Below are positions 37,557 to 50,753 of a stretch of DNA of 64,000 nt, piece by piece. The notes under the pieces were generated by a model. The model was not told the DNA's origin. It made no database searches and worked only from the letters and a program-made list of their open reading frames with translations. Positions within the stretch are counted from its first letter, which is position 1. The number at the start of each line of letters is the position of its first letter. The DNA comes from Octopus sinensis (taxonomy: Eukaryota), in NCBI RefSeq assembly GCF_006345805.1, contig NC_043015.1, positions 33,418,001 through 33,482,000 of the forward strand. The letters run 5' to 3'. The position numbers and the translations under genes were made by a program.

Positions 37557-38782
37557 ACATGACAGAAGTAAAGAGACACCCCATAAAACTACTCCATTTT
37601 ATGTTTATTCTAACTTATAACAGTTTATAGATTTTATTAATTGACATTTTTATGTTTCAAGTTCTCTGTATGACTGTTTTATGATGCCATCTACAAGAGA
37701 AGCCTTGGAACTGTCCGAATTTCAAAGAGGCCATATTGTGGGTCAATCTGAAGGTGGACATGGTCAGCGTAAAATTGCAGAAAACCTTGGAATCCTGTAT
37801 TCTACAATTTATAGAATTATTGTGCAATTCACCAGAGAGGGGAAGGAGTCCACATCATCTCAGCCAGATCAACCGGGACCCTTTGACAGGACCCTTCTCT
37901 TCGTTAAGAGATATGTGGAGGATAATTGTTGTTGCAAGGATTCTGATATTGCAGAACACAATATCAGTCTCAGAACAGCTGTCAGGTATCTCCACAAACT
38001 TGGTTACTATGGCAGAGCAACAAGAAGCAAGCCACTTCTTTGACCAGTCAATATCAAGTTGAGAAAAGATTGAGCCAATGAGACAATGGAGTGGCCACTA
38101 ACATTTTAGGACATCGTCATTTTCTCCAATGAGTCCAGATTTGTTGTATTTTCTGACAGTGGTTGAGTGTGGGTCTGGAGAGTCTGTGATCAAGAACTTG
38201 TCATGAAAAGATTGCTGCCAACAATGAAACAAGGCAGCTGTTTTGTGACGGCCTGGGAAGCTATTTGGAGCAATGGTCAATCAGAGCTGGTGGAGTGTGA
38301 GAGAAACATAAACTCGGATAAATGTACATCCATACTGCTGAAAGGATTCCTTCCAGCCTTCTCCGGTGGTGAAATGATTAAAGAAAACTCTTTATTTATG
38401 GAAGATGGGGCTCCATGTCACACGGCTAAAATGACCCAAGATTTGTTGAATGAGAATGGCATTAAAAAATTTCCATGGCCAAGCCAGTCACCAGATATGA
38501 ACCCTATTGAACACCTCTGGGACATAATGGACAGGACACTTCATAAAAACAAAAAAGAAAGCATCCTCAAAGCATGAAACTTAGCAAGAAGTTCCGCAAG
38601 AGAACATTTACCATCTTATCAGTAACATGCCTAACAGGATCCTTGCATTGAAAAATGTAAAGGGTATATCTACTAAATATTAAATATTCACATTATAACA
38701 ATTAATAAATAATCTGAATGTATAATTTCAGATTTAAATAAATTTTAATGATTATAAGGGTGTCTATTTACTTCTGTTATGT
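37557..38782 (+). mobile_element. Decayed Tc1-type (DD34E) transposon
   Basis: 25-bp TIRs ACATGACAGAAGTAAAGAGACACCC (37557-37581) and their inverse at 38758-38782 with 2 mismatches. Paired-like [14 protein letters not shown]..., FMEDGAPCH-(34 aa)-WPSQSPDMNPIEHLW. In-frame stops are present. Confidence 0.9.
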
Positions 38783-39338
38783 GTGCATGCAAGAATTTTT
38801 TTTGCTGGTTTAGATATGGGTAAGCAGCTATGCTGGGGTGCAGCCTTCAAAATTTTGTAACTAACCATATTGACTGCAATACCTAGTCTGCTACACAGTA
38901 CCAAACAACCACCTACTCACACACTTTCGCTCCCTCCTTCTATGCCTCAGTAGTTTCCATCTCATCACTATTACTCATAAGGCTTAGGGGTCAACTTGAC
39001 ACTGTGGTTCAAGTCACTTGCCTAAGATGGCATGCAGTAGAATTGAACTTGGAACCACCTTACAAAGAAGAATTCTTAATCCTATGACCATGACTGAGTT
39101 ATTTATATAATTGTACATGTGTGTATGTATGTGTGTAGCATGGTTAAAAGGTTTAAGTTTGCTAAATGATGATGAGACCAAGTTTTTGATCTCATTGCTT
39201 GGCATCTACAAAGTCTTTTACCATAACCTCAGGTGTAAATGGGAAGACAAGAACATCAAATATGTGAGAGGGAGAGAGGCAAAAGTTATCCAGTTTGTAG
39301 TGAAATGTGAATGACGACGGAGTTGTTTGTGAACTTAC

Positions 39339-39441
39339 CAAGACAACTCTGGTACCAGCCTTCTTCAGTGCTTCAACAGCAGTTTGATGAGAGACGTTCA
39401 CAACGTTGGCATCGTTAACCTTCACAATGATATCATTAACC
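39339..39441 (-). CDS. dlg1: Discs large coding exon, second half of PDZ1
   Basis: 103-nt exon: G+VNDIIVKVNDANVVNVSHQTAVEALKKAGTRVVL. Acceptor tgtttcag|G completes the AG|G Arg codon of the previous exon. Donor is TTG|gtaagt (phase 2 to phase 0). Confidence 0.95.
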
Positions 39442-40392
39442 CTGAAACAACACACAAAACAAAAACATTGTAGTTTATAGATATGGCTTTCTTACTCATC
39501 ATCCCTAATTTTAGTAGTAGTAGTAGTGTGTGTGTGTGTATGAATAAGTATGCATATTTGCATATACATGTATATATGCGAGTATGTTTGTGTGTGTGTG
39601 TGTGTGTGTGTATTAGAATAACTGTTATGACTAGATACATTTCCCTCTGGAGATGCTATTCTGCAGACACTCAAATTTAAAATTTCCTCCACCAATGGGC
39701 ATTGATTCATTAATTTTGGATCTGTATGTTTTTGTTTTTCATATATGTAAATGACTATTAATGTCTATGTACTTACACATTTTTTTATACATATACCTCA
39801 CAAATGGATATTTTATTTCTGTTACTTATTTTACATTTATATTATTTATTTTCAATTTTCTTCATTTTATTCTATTTCCATTTTCACTTTATTTACTTTT
39901 TGTTTCATTCTATCTTATTCTTTACCTTATCACCCATTATTTTCTAACTGATTTGCTAACCCTTCACCCACACAGAACAATAAAAAAACAACTCCTTATT
40001 TGGTCTGCTTGCATGAATGGAAAGGTTTGCATGTAATATCTTAATGTGTATCTTTCTCTGATGAAATTACGTTCATAACATAAACACAAATTTAAAGCAT
40101 AAATTTGTAATTTACCTATTGAGCACTAATAGGAATAACTGTAAGAAATAAAGATTACCAATTTTTTAATAATAAATAATCATTATCTTAACTCTCCATT
40201 TTCTTTCCTTCATTTAACTGAACATAAACTTGATAATATATATATATATGTATATATATCATCATATGTCCATTTTCCATGCTGACATGGGTCAGACAGT
40301 TTGACAGGAACTGACAACTCATAAGACTGCACTAAGCTCTCCTGTCGTTTTTGGCATGTTTTATCATATTTAATGAGAAAAGATTTCTTGGA

Positions 40393-40492
40393 NNNNNNNN
40401 NNNNNNNNNNNNNNNNNNNNNNNNNNNNNNNNNNNNNNNNNNNNNNNNNNNNNNNNNNNNNNNNNNNNNNNNNNNNNNNNNNNNNNNNNNNN
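40393..40492. other. Assembly gap (100 N)
   Basis: Run of 100 Ns, a placeholder length, adjacent to (TA)n. Confidence 0.99.
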
Positions 40493-40688
40493 ATAATATA
40501 TATATATAATTATATAATATATATATACATAGACACACACACATACCTCCTCCTCTTGCACTCTCCTGTCTTTGAAAGAACTTTTTCTTCACCCATTCCC
40601 TTCTGGTCATTCAATATGTGACCGCGTGTGTATCGTTGGCGATTTTCTTTCTCTGTTTTCCCTTCCTTGGACCTTTCCTTTTTCTATG

Positions 40689-40721
40689 TTTCTGATGAAG
40701 AGCTCTGCTCGAAATGTAAAA
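40689..40721 (+). ncRNA. Minimal type I hammerhead motif with canonical core
   Basis: TTT-CTGATGA-A-GAGC(TCT)GCTC-GAA-ATGT-A-AAA. The CUGAUGA and GAAA core elements are complete, the cleavage triplet is GUA, and stem III ATGT is ACGT with one CpG transition. Confidence 0.72.
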
Positions 40722-40757
40722 TCTTGCTTCTTTCCTTCCTTTCCTGAGCATCCTATA

Positions 40758-41139
40758 TGTGGAAGCACTCCATTGGTTATGATGACGAAGGTTCCGGTTG
40801 ATCCGATCAACGGAACAGCCTGCTCGTGAAATTAACGTGCAAGTGGCTGAGCACTCCACAGACATGTGTACCCTTAACGTAGTTGTCGGGGATATTCAGC
40901 GTGACACAGAGAGTGACAAGGCCGGCCTTTGAAATACAGGTACAACAGAAACAGAAGTAAGAGTGAGAGAAGTTGTGGTGAAAGAGTAGAGCAGGGATCA
41001 CCACCATCCCCTGCCGGAGCCTCGTGGAGCTTTAGGTGCTTTCGCTCAATAAACACTCACAACGCCCGGTCTGGGAATCGAAACCGTGATCCTACGACCG
41101 CGAGTCCGCTGCCCTAACCACTGGGCCATTGCGCCTCCT
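40758..41139 (-). mobile_element. tRNA-derived SINE, head H1 with tail T1
   Basis: Same head as 11101. Exact 13-bp TSD TGAGCATCCTATA (40745-40757, 41140-41152). Confidence 0.9.
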
Positions 41140-42079
41140 TGAGCATCCTATAACACTATACTTGTTCTGTGTTTTCATGTTTGGATTAACTATATACACA
41201 AATACACACACACATATCTATATCTATATATATATATAATGTATACAGACATACAGATATATAGACACACACACCCACATCTCTGTACATATAAACAGAA
41301 ACAAACATGTGTACACAAGCTCCCGCCTCACCCCACACAGTGTTTCTATAGCAATGTGATAAAGTTGTGATTTCAGTAATAAAATAATAAAATTTTTCTC
41401 CCATTCTATCTAGTTTGATGTTTGATTAAATATTTTAAATGAAAGAGAGTAATAGGTAGAACTTTAGAGTGCAAGAATAAATACCAGCAAGGACGGTTGG
41501 CCTGTGGTAGAAAAAACTGGATTCACAGAGCATGATGAGTGCTGCTAAGCAGATCTTACCGATTTCTATAGAGGCGAACCACATTAATAATGACTTCATT
41601 CATCGGACACAAAAACTGGAGTCAGTGTTGTGAATCATGTTTAATGAGAGAACAGTCCTTGAAGATGGTATTTTGAGAGCAAATCTAGCTTCTTTGAAGC
41701 TTGTAATACTTTTTATAAACAGAAAATATTTTAGATAGGAAGGTATATTCATAAGACAAATAAAACAGCCAAATAAAAATCCAAGTTTTCTTAAAATAGA
41801 CTGAACAAATTGAAATTTGAAAAATAAAAATATAAAGAAAACATTTTTTAAAAAATGTTCATTCTGGTTTCCAAGTGGAATGAAAATCATAAAAAACTCA
41901 CCAATTCTTATCCTATCGCATGAGTATTTACAACATATTACCAACTCTCGTTTTGACTTAAGTTTTAAAAGCTAAACACACACACATACAGATGTATATG
42001 TATACATTGGTACAGATACACACACACACGCATTTACACATGAATATATAAACGGATATGTATACACACATGATGCGGT

Positions 42080-42400
42080 GTGTATGAACAGCAATGCTAT
42101 GTCATAGTGAGATATGGCCCATGATTGCAAAAGGACATGTGAAGACTAGAAAGATATGAAGCAAGTAGGTTCCACTAGATGTGCAACATCTACGTGCATG
42201 TCCAGTGTTGAGAGGAAACACTGAACATAAAAGCATCCGTGTGTAAGGGAGAAGACGGTACTGTTATGATGATGTGGTGCAGATGGATGAGCCTGCTGCA
42301 CAAATAAGTGCTAATCATTAAATATGGCTGGAACTCGTAGAAGAGGGAGACCTAGGAAGATGCGAGACAAAATAGTGAATACTGAATTCAAGTTGCTAAC
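42080..42400 (+). mobile_element. Old RTE LINE remnant
   Basis: Degraded similarity to 51146-51300, including the GTRRRGRPRK motif at about 42330-42360. Confidence 0.5.
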
Positions 42401-44243
42401 CCAAATGGGGATGACAACAAAGGACTGAGTTATTTGATAAATTGCTGTGCTCAAGGAGACCCACCCATCTCAGCAAAAATTAAGTCCTAAAAGCACAGTG
42501 TTAATATATATGGTCCTGCACCCAATCTGTTCCTGTGAAGCCTTGCCCACAATTCATCTTCATAAGACACACCTTTCTAACTAAGGCCATATTACTTCAA
42601 CAGCTGTAGTTATATGAGAAGAGAATTTCCCCCTTTTTGCACTTCCAGATATAACAACCCTTGGAACCATTTTTCTTGTTACCCATCATGTGTGTGTGTG
42701 TGTGTGTGTGTGTGATTGTGTATGTGATTGTGTATGTGATTGTGTGTGTGTGTGTGTAATTGTGTGTGTGATTGTGTGTGTATGCTTAAACTTCATTCAG
42801 GAGAGGTATTAACCACCCCTAAGCCACTGCTGTTCCTAGTTCTACTAAAACCCAAAATAGTAGCACCTCTTAGGGTCCTAGCTATGGGTTAACTAGCATA
42901 TGGGATGACATTCCATCTGAGCATGGGGATGCAGAAATAATCTTATTTGGTGTCAGGGCATGCAGTAAAACCACTGGAAGTGAGGGATGTTTAATTGTTG
43001 AGAGAGAGCATCCTTCTAGGAAAGGGACACTGACATAAAACCTGCAGTTTCATGTGATTACATGTCATCTCACTTTGGCCAGTCACTAGGTACTAATTAC
43101 AGTCTCAGAGGGTGGTATTCATGTTGTGCAAGTACTTGTCATTATAATGATGTACAGGTGTCTCTTTATGGTAACTTCATTTGTCATTCCATCCAAGTGC
43201 ACAATAAGTTACAACTTTTGTCGGTCACCTTTGCTTCAAACTATGCAGATCTGTAATGGGACTGGACAGTCATCTGCAAGGTCATGGATGGAAAGTCAGA
43301 AATGCCACTGACAATAAGGAAGCACAAGGAGATGACAAACAACTGTGAAAATGGAGCAATCACCATGTATGCACGGATACATACATTTATATTAATATGG
43401 TCTTGCTTTTCAAACTAGAAAATACATCTAGAAATCGTCTGTTGTGTTGACTATTAGTGGAAAGTAAAATGTAACAAATTATATCAAAATATTTTAGTAA
43501 ATATAAATGCAAAGTGTTTCGATCTCAAGATTGAAGTTTGCAAATTGAATATAGACTTTTCTTTTTCTATTTTAAGTGTTCTTTGGTTTATTTTCGATTT
43601 AGATAAGGAAGAATTAGAAGACAAGTTAGCAGCGTCGGCTAATCTATGTTCTTTGCTTACATAAGTAGCAAATAATTTTATTGAAACATTCCACAGATGT
43701 TCACGTTCTGCAGCAGAGAAAATTGCAAGCAGCTTATATTTTAAACATCATTTAATGTGTTTAAGTCACTTTTGAATTCTTCATTTGAAGACAATGGAGA
43801 GGCATGAAGGAATATTTTCTTTCTTTCCAACTAATGAGATTTTCTGCCAATAGTAGTATGTATATCCATCCATCCACCCACCTACCTACCTATCTAATAT
43901 ATATGAACACGTGTGTGTGGGTGTAAGATATACGTGTATACTGATAAGTCTGTGCAACATGTGCCTACCTATCCATCTATTGAATGTGTGTGTGTGTGAG
44001 TGTGGACATATACATACATTCATTTGTTCATTGAATTTTATGTCCATTTTCCCATACTAACATGGATTAGATGAAGGAACTATTGAGGCATTGTTTTACA
44101 GTCAGATGTCTTCCAGTTCACAAACCCATAGGATTTTCAAATAAGGAATATCCTATTCAGACATCTTCAAAGATGCAAAATCAGTTGATAAGCTGTTGAA
44201 ATAAGTAACAATATTCAGCTCGAGAAATTTGATGAAATTTGTG

Positions 44244-44278
<35 letters not shown>

Positions 44279-44851
44279 TATATATATATATATATATATA
44301 TATAACAAACTTCTTTTCAGTTTTCATCTACTCAAGTCCACTCACAAGGCTTGAATCAGCCAGAAGCTACTGTAGAAAACAGTTGTGCAAATTGTTGCAT
44401 GTTAGAGTTGAACCTGAAACCACACAGTTAAAGTTTGTTTTGTACTTTATCTTCCAGTAATTCATCCATCCATCTTGGTGTCTCCCTAAGCGATTCTATG
44501 CACAACACTGATAGACAGAGGCCTCACAACATCTGGATGTATGACATTTCCTTAACCAATGAACTTCAGATCTAGATTCTCTTCTCACCTAACGCTTGCA
44601 AAATGCCAAAGAAAATGAAAACTATACCACCATTATAGTTTCTGTAGAAACAAAGCTACTGGTCACCTGAATTGCTAGATATAGCAACCAAATCTCCTTT
44701 GGTCACAGTTTAGACAAGGTTGACCTGGGTATAAAGAACAACAAGAGCAGTAGGGGAAACACAATAAGAACAGCTAGAACAATGCAACCAACAAATGTAT
44801 GAACAGCACTGCCACCATCACTAGTGACAGGTATTACAGGTGAATGCTTAC

Positions 44852-44976
44852 CTTAGCCGGCCATCAGCAGCAGCTGCTCCACCAGGTATAATTTTGGTGA
44901 TGTAGATACTTGGGTCTTCTCCAATGTGGGGGTTGTCGCTACCTCCAGCAATGCTGAACCCCAATCCTGTATTGCC
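44852..44976 (-). CDS. dlg1: Discs large (Dlg1/SAP97/PSD-95 family MAGUK) coding exon, first half of PDZ1
   Basis: 125-nt exon translating [41 protein letters not shown]+AG. It has the GLGF loop and the Dlg-specific GGxDNPH motif. Acceptor is ...tatgtacag|GGC and donor is AG|gtaagc (phase 0 to phase 2). Confidence 0.95.
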
Positions 44977-45159
44977 CTGTACATAACAACAACAACAACA
45001 ATATATGAATAAATGAGACATCAATGTATTTGTGTGATTCACATAATAGGGGTGGGCCTGGGGTACTGATGCAGACAAGAGTGAAACATGTATTGATGGA
45101 GTGTAGGTTAGATCCGGTCTATTAATAAGGAATTATGTTGGTCTTGGAGATTGAAAATA

Positions 45160-45465
45160 ACGATGCCTTTTGATCTTGAATGACCATGGGATTGTACCTA
45201 GAAAGTTCCCCTCCCAGGCAAAGTCCGGACAAAGTTGTTTATAGAAGGCCAGAAGTTGCCCATGCATATCAGCCACCCCTCTCCACACCACTGATGTTAT
45301 CCAAGGGAAAGGCAAAAGCCAGTACAGCTTGGCACCAGTTACATCACAACTCATTTCTACAGCTGAGTGAACTGGAGCAACGCGAAATAAAGGGTCTTGC
45401 TCAAGAACACAACACACATCCCTGTCTGAAAATCGAACTCACTACCACATGATTGTGAGCCAGAC
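45160..45465 (-). mobile_element. tRNA-derived SINE, head H2 with tail T2
   Basis: Collinear with 2122-2455. Confidence 0.8.
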
Positions 45466-45768
45466 AATAGGATGTAGTATATGTATATCTATATATAAAT
45501 ATATATATATATATATCATGAAGCTGACCACTGTTAAAACTTCCAAGTCTTTGCTAACAAAAATATATAATTTTTCTTTATCTTTTTACCTGCTATGGCC
45601 AGCTGGGGCAATGCATTGAAGAGTTTCTTTCCTTTAATCATACAAACCAATCTCAGTACTTTTTTCATTAAGCCTGGTACTTATTCAATTAGTCTCTTCT
45701 GCTGAACCACTAATATTACAGAGATGTAAACAAACCGACATCTGTTGTCAAACGGTTGTGGGGGACAA

Positions 45769-45823
<55 letters not shown>

Positions 45824-48459
45824 AAGAGAGATAGGCTTCTTCGAGTTTCCCTTCTCCCAAATCCACTCACAAGGCTTTGTTGGGCCTGAGGTTATAATAG
45901 GAGACACTTAATAATAATAATCCTTTCTACAAATCACTTGAAATTTTTGGGAGAGAGGGTTAGTCGATTAAATTGACCCCAGTACTAAACGGGTACTATT
46001 TTATCAATCCCTAACTCCAGTTGGAAAACTCATTCAAACTTCTAGAAGACATCACCCGAATCACAGACGGTACCTCATAGGAACTGTTATGTGGCCACTT
46101 GGATGGCTAGAAAGAACAACTAAATTACTCTCAAATTACATTTTCTGAAGAAAATGAAAGTCACTTGGAGTTATGTAATTCAAGATATTCTATGTTTGAA
46201 AAGCCAAAAAGAAAAGGAAAAAAGAAAAAGAAAATAGGATTGTCATAGCTGGAATATTTTTGATATCATTGGTAAGCAGGACTGTAACTAAGCTGGAGCC
46301 AAACAACAACAACAATTACAACATTGTCCAACACAACTCAATATTTTAGCTGTATATCTTTCATTGAATTCTTCATTCTCTGAGATCAGAAATGGCATTC
46401 ATATTACAATATGTACTTAATTCTATGTTTTAGAGAAAGTAATGCCAAGGAAATGTCTCCTGGAGCAACAGACTCAGAAAACTGGAGAATTTCTCAAGAT
46501 ATTGTTAATCTATCTCCATCTTTGGTGGTCTTATGATACAGCTAGCCTTAATAACCATTCCATCAAAGGATTTTGGGGAGTCTGTTTTACTATCTAAGAA
46601 GTAATAAATAGCGAAAGATCTATTTATATTGAAAGGGATCCCTTACATTTAGAATACCACAATCCTTCGTGCCTTACCTCCTCCACTAATGGTTCCAGAG
46701 ACCATTATATGCAATTTCCTTACCTACTGTTCTTATATTACCATTTTCTAAAGATTCTCAGAGGATGCAAGAATCAATTTTCTCCAACACCCCTCCTCTT
46801 TCATTCTCTCTGCCCTCCTCAGTCAATAACCAACATTACAGATGCAGAATCACGAGGGAGAAATAGCAAATTAGTATAAGATAAAAGAGGGGGAGGGGCT
46901 TTCACAATGCATTAACACAATATGTTGAACAAAGGAGAGGGATAAAATATGGTTTTTAGAAGAGCATTAGCCTGAAGAGGAACACAAGGATTGTATCTAT
47001 AGCCATGTGGGTCTTTAATCACTAACACAACCACCACTTCCCCCGTCTCAGCTCCTGACAGACACTATAAAGTGGATTAGCAAAACAACTCTTAGAGTAG
47101 GAAATAAGCCTCAATAACATGTTGTATTAGTGGCAGGAGTATAAAACAATGAAGTCAAAAAGGAGTGGGAGTACCTCTGTTTCTCCTCTCTTCCCCCCCA
47201 CAACACAATGTAAAGAGATGATGGTATGATGATATGTTATATTACAATATATACCTGTGTGTAGGAGAGAGAAAGAGAAAGGTTGGTAGGGCATGAGTGG
47301 AAGCAAAATAAAAAAAAAAGAAATGAAGAAACTGTGCGAGATCATTTATTTCTCATCTTCATCAGTCCATATTAATGAGGAATATAGCTTTGTGTGTGTG
47401 TGTGGTAATGTAGATGTATATATATATATATATGTTTGTGTGTGTATATATAAATATTTATGGGCATGTCTGTGAGTATGCATGTATGTTTAAGTATGTA
47501 AAAGTGTGTGTGTGTGTGTGTGTGCAAGCATGCATGGTGTGTTGGGGTAGCTTAAAAACTAATGAAGAAATTATGCAAGATCTTCTTCCTCTCTGGAGTA
47601 AATCCTTCTTTAGAGCTCTGCTACGTGACTGAACATGTTCCACTGATAAATGGTGTTCACTGATGGTGATGATGATGATGATGATGAAGGTGGTGGTGGT
47701 GGCGATGGTAATGGTTCTCCTGCTGCTACTGCTACTACCAGTGATGATGATGATGATGATGATGAGTAATAAGATGGAAGAAGTTACAACAAGATTAACA
47801 AGAAAATTAAAGTACTTCAGTCATACCACAACCATCACAACAACTGGTGATGATGATGATGATGGTGATGATGACAACAATGATAATTAAGAAAATTGGA
47901 AATAGAAACTACAAGATTAAGTAAAGGAATTAGTAAGACCACCCCAACCATTACCTCTCGCCATATTAATATCCATCTATCCTCACCACAACCATCACTA
48001 CAATTTTGCCAGCATCTATCTACCTTTATCATCATCATCACTATTATTCATAAAAGCTACCACCACCATCACCACCACTACTATTACCAACACTTTTGAT
48101 ACTATTTTCCCCACAGGTTAAGAACTACCACCGTCACCACAAGCCCAACATTCAACCCCATCTTCACCACCACCACTATTACAAACTCTATCTCAGTCAC
48201 TTTGGATGTCTTCAGCAGGGCCCTCAAACATTCAGGCTGAGGGTCTGGTTTAAAGAATAACTTCCACCTTCACATGGTTACAGTTATGGGCTCTGTCCCT
48301 CCTTCCATGGCTATGAGGTTAAGAAGCTTGCTTTGAACCCACTTGGTCTCCGGTTCAATGCCACTAAGCAGCACTTAGGAGATGTGTCTTAACACAATCC
48401 CAGGCCTTATGAGGGACTTCGGTAGATGGAAACTGTATAGAAGCCTGTTGTGTGTGTCA

Positions 48460-48890
48460 TCATTTAACATCCTTTGTTCACACTGGCAAGTGTGTGTGGG
48501 GGGGGGGGGCTGCCATTAGATTCCAGTCTGCTTTGGCATGGTTTCCATGGCTGGTGACCCTTCCTAATGCTAACCTCTTTACAGAGTGTGCAGGGTGCTT
48601 TCATGTGGCACCACATGTGTGCTTTCACATGGTGCTGCACAGGCACTTTTGCAGGGCACTGCATGGGTGCTTTTAGGTGGAACGGTCATGAGTGCTTTAC
48701 ACCACCAGAAGGATTAGTTATAACATTTCTGCGGTGGGATAAGGGTCTTCTTGCCAGGCATCAGGTGTCTCGGTCCTTTGCCATCTCACCTGAAAGGTTC
48801 AGCTTCCTGAGGTTGTTCTTCAGTACTCTATCCCACGTCTTCCTGGGTCTCCCACTTGCCCATGTTCCTCCTCTTCAAGAGATTGGCACT
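48460..48890 (-). mobile_element. Old RTE LINE 3' end
   Basis: Minus strand gives GRPRKTWDRVLKNNLRKLNLSGEMAKDRDT followed by the shared 3' UTR. Confidence 0.6.
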
Positions 48891-49059
48891 TGCATGTATG
48901 TATATAAGGATGTCTTTGTGCTTGTCACCTCTCCAGCTGCTGATCAACCGATGTTAATTTATTTACAACTTCATAACTTAATTGTTTGGCAAAAGTGAGT
49001 GGCAAAACAAGTACCAGGCTTTAAAAGAACAAAACAAAAAGAAACAAATACTAGGGTCC

Positions 49060-49944
49060 ATGTCATTTTTGCGATGTGTGGTCTGGCGTTGTCTTGCAAT
49101 AAAATAGGAGTGGATCTGTTGACTAATCTAGGCTGTTTTTGTAAGTTTCTGCATCATTTGGTCCAGTTGATTGCAGTATACTTTGGCCATGATTGATGAG
49201 CCAGGTTTAATGAAATCATAATGGATCACACCTGTGCCAGACCACCAAACACACACCATCAGCTTCTTTTGATGAATTTTGCTTTTTGGATTGTGTTTTG
49301 GGAGGTTGTCTTTGTCCAATCATTGTGCTGAACATTTATGGTTGCTGTATTGGATCCATTTCTCATCACATGTTACAATTCGATTAAAAAATGATTCAAT
49401 TTTGTGTCAGGAAAGTAGCATAATGCAGGCTTCCAAACGTTGCTGCTTCTGATTTTCATTGAGTTCATGTGGAACCCACTTATCCAACTTTTTCACTTTA
49501 CCGATTTGAACAAGGTGAGTCAATATTGTTTGCTTACTAACACCAAACAACAATTATAATTCACAGGCACTTTGAGATGGATCTGACTCGATGGTGGCTT
49601 TCAGTTCGTCATTATCCACCTTTGTTTCTAGTCAATCGTGTTGCTCATTTGTGAGGTCAAAGTTACCAGAACAAAATTTTGCAAACCAATTTGATACTGT
49701 CTGTTTGCAAGAAAGAACTCCTATTTCAAAACTACAAATTTTCAACTTATCCATCTCTAAACAAAAGCAGCAAAAAATGATTTATAAATACTTTATAAAG
49801 CACAAAATGAGTTAGAATAAAAAAATAGATGTGGCAGCTTTCTAACAAAAAATAAAGATTGTCAAAATATAATAATGGTGCAAAATGATCAGATGTCAAA
49901 GTTTACCATACACCTTACTACTAATTTCATACTTGACAACCTAA
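49060..49944 (-). mobile_element. Decayed, 3'-truncated mariner transposon
   Basis: Minus-strand TIR TA|TTAGGTTGTCAAGTATGAAATTAG. Remnants: NWFAKFCSGNFDL, KKLMVCVWWSGTGVIHYDF, ILLQDNARPH. The sequence ends just after the second catalytic D. Confidence 0.85.
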
Positions 49945-50717
49945 TAGTATTCTAGATGTAGAGAGCTGGTGCTGTTGACAAGATATGAACCACCAATGCC
50001 AGTTTCATCATTCAAGACTAATGAATAAAGTAACCAACGCAATAGCATCAATAACAACTGTTATCAGAGGGCAGTGATGTGTCTTGGCAACACACACAAA
50101 CACACTTCCAGTTCATGTATACATACTTGCACCTACACACACACATACATGAAATCAATCGCAAATTATTTTCCAATTTAGAGTAATTTTTTTCATCACT
50201 TTAACAAAAGTGAAAAGATTGGCAATGCACAACTACTGTATGTATGTATGTATGTATGTATGTACACCCGCACATACACACATCCATACATACATATATT
50301 TTACATGGGTGTAAAATAATTGTGATGAATGATGATGATGATAAATACACACATGTATATATTTACTTCACCCACCATCCATCATCCATTCATCATTTAC
50401 AATTTTAACTTTTGGCGATAAGATATAATTTTTTTTAATGGTCATTTAGACAGAGACAGAAGGAGAGAGAAAGTGTGTGTGTGTGTGTGGCTTTGCAAAG
50501 CTCTAAAAGATAAAAGTACATTTTTAAACATAATAAGTAACAGAGGGAGGTAGTGGTGGTGGTGGTGTTAAAATTAATATATATATATATAGTAAAATGT
50601 AAAACTAACCCAAACCATCTTCTGAAGAGCAATAAAATGAGTATGAAATAACGAGAAGTAATTGCATATATATCTAAAAGATTAACTATAAGGTATTGTG
50701 TGTGGTGTGTGTGTATA

Positions 50718-50753
<36 letters not shown>

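Larger units (their letters stand above)
4526..39338 (-). other. dlg1: 34.8-kb dlg1 intron (GT-AG)
   Basis: Bounded by the donor at 39338 and the acceptor at 4526. It is filled with repeats, and I recognised no other Dlg-like coding segment inside it. Confidence 0.8.
40614..41194 (+). mobile_element. Second family-2 hammerhead-bearing repeat, interrupted by a SINE
   Basis: Homologous to 19011-19219. It is split at 40757/41140 by a SINE with a 13-bp TSD. Confidence 0.72.
39442..44851 (-). other. dlg1: 5.4-kb dlg1 intron (GT-AG), spans the assembly gap
   Basis: Donor gtaagc at 44851 and acceptor ag at 39442-39443. Phase 2 on both sides. Confidence 0.88.

Noticed and set aside
43560-43800. Possible hAT transposase C-terminal remnant (similar doubt for 41450-41950, 3000-3350, 7650-8030 and 46440-46830)
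   Set aside because: These look like old TE coding debris, but they are too degraded to assign by eye. A RepeatMasker or HMM search would be needed.
47341-47370. Minus-strand CTGATGA...GAAA hammerhead-like string
   Set aside because: There is no stem II or stem III pairing, so it is a chance match.
48929-48966. VNKLTSVDQQLER-like peptide resembling the exon expected before PDZ1
   Set aside because: The GT falls in phase 2, which puts the next exon out of frame, and there is no acceptor upstream.
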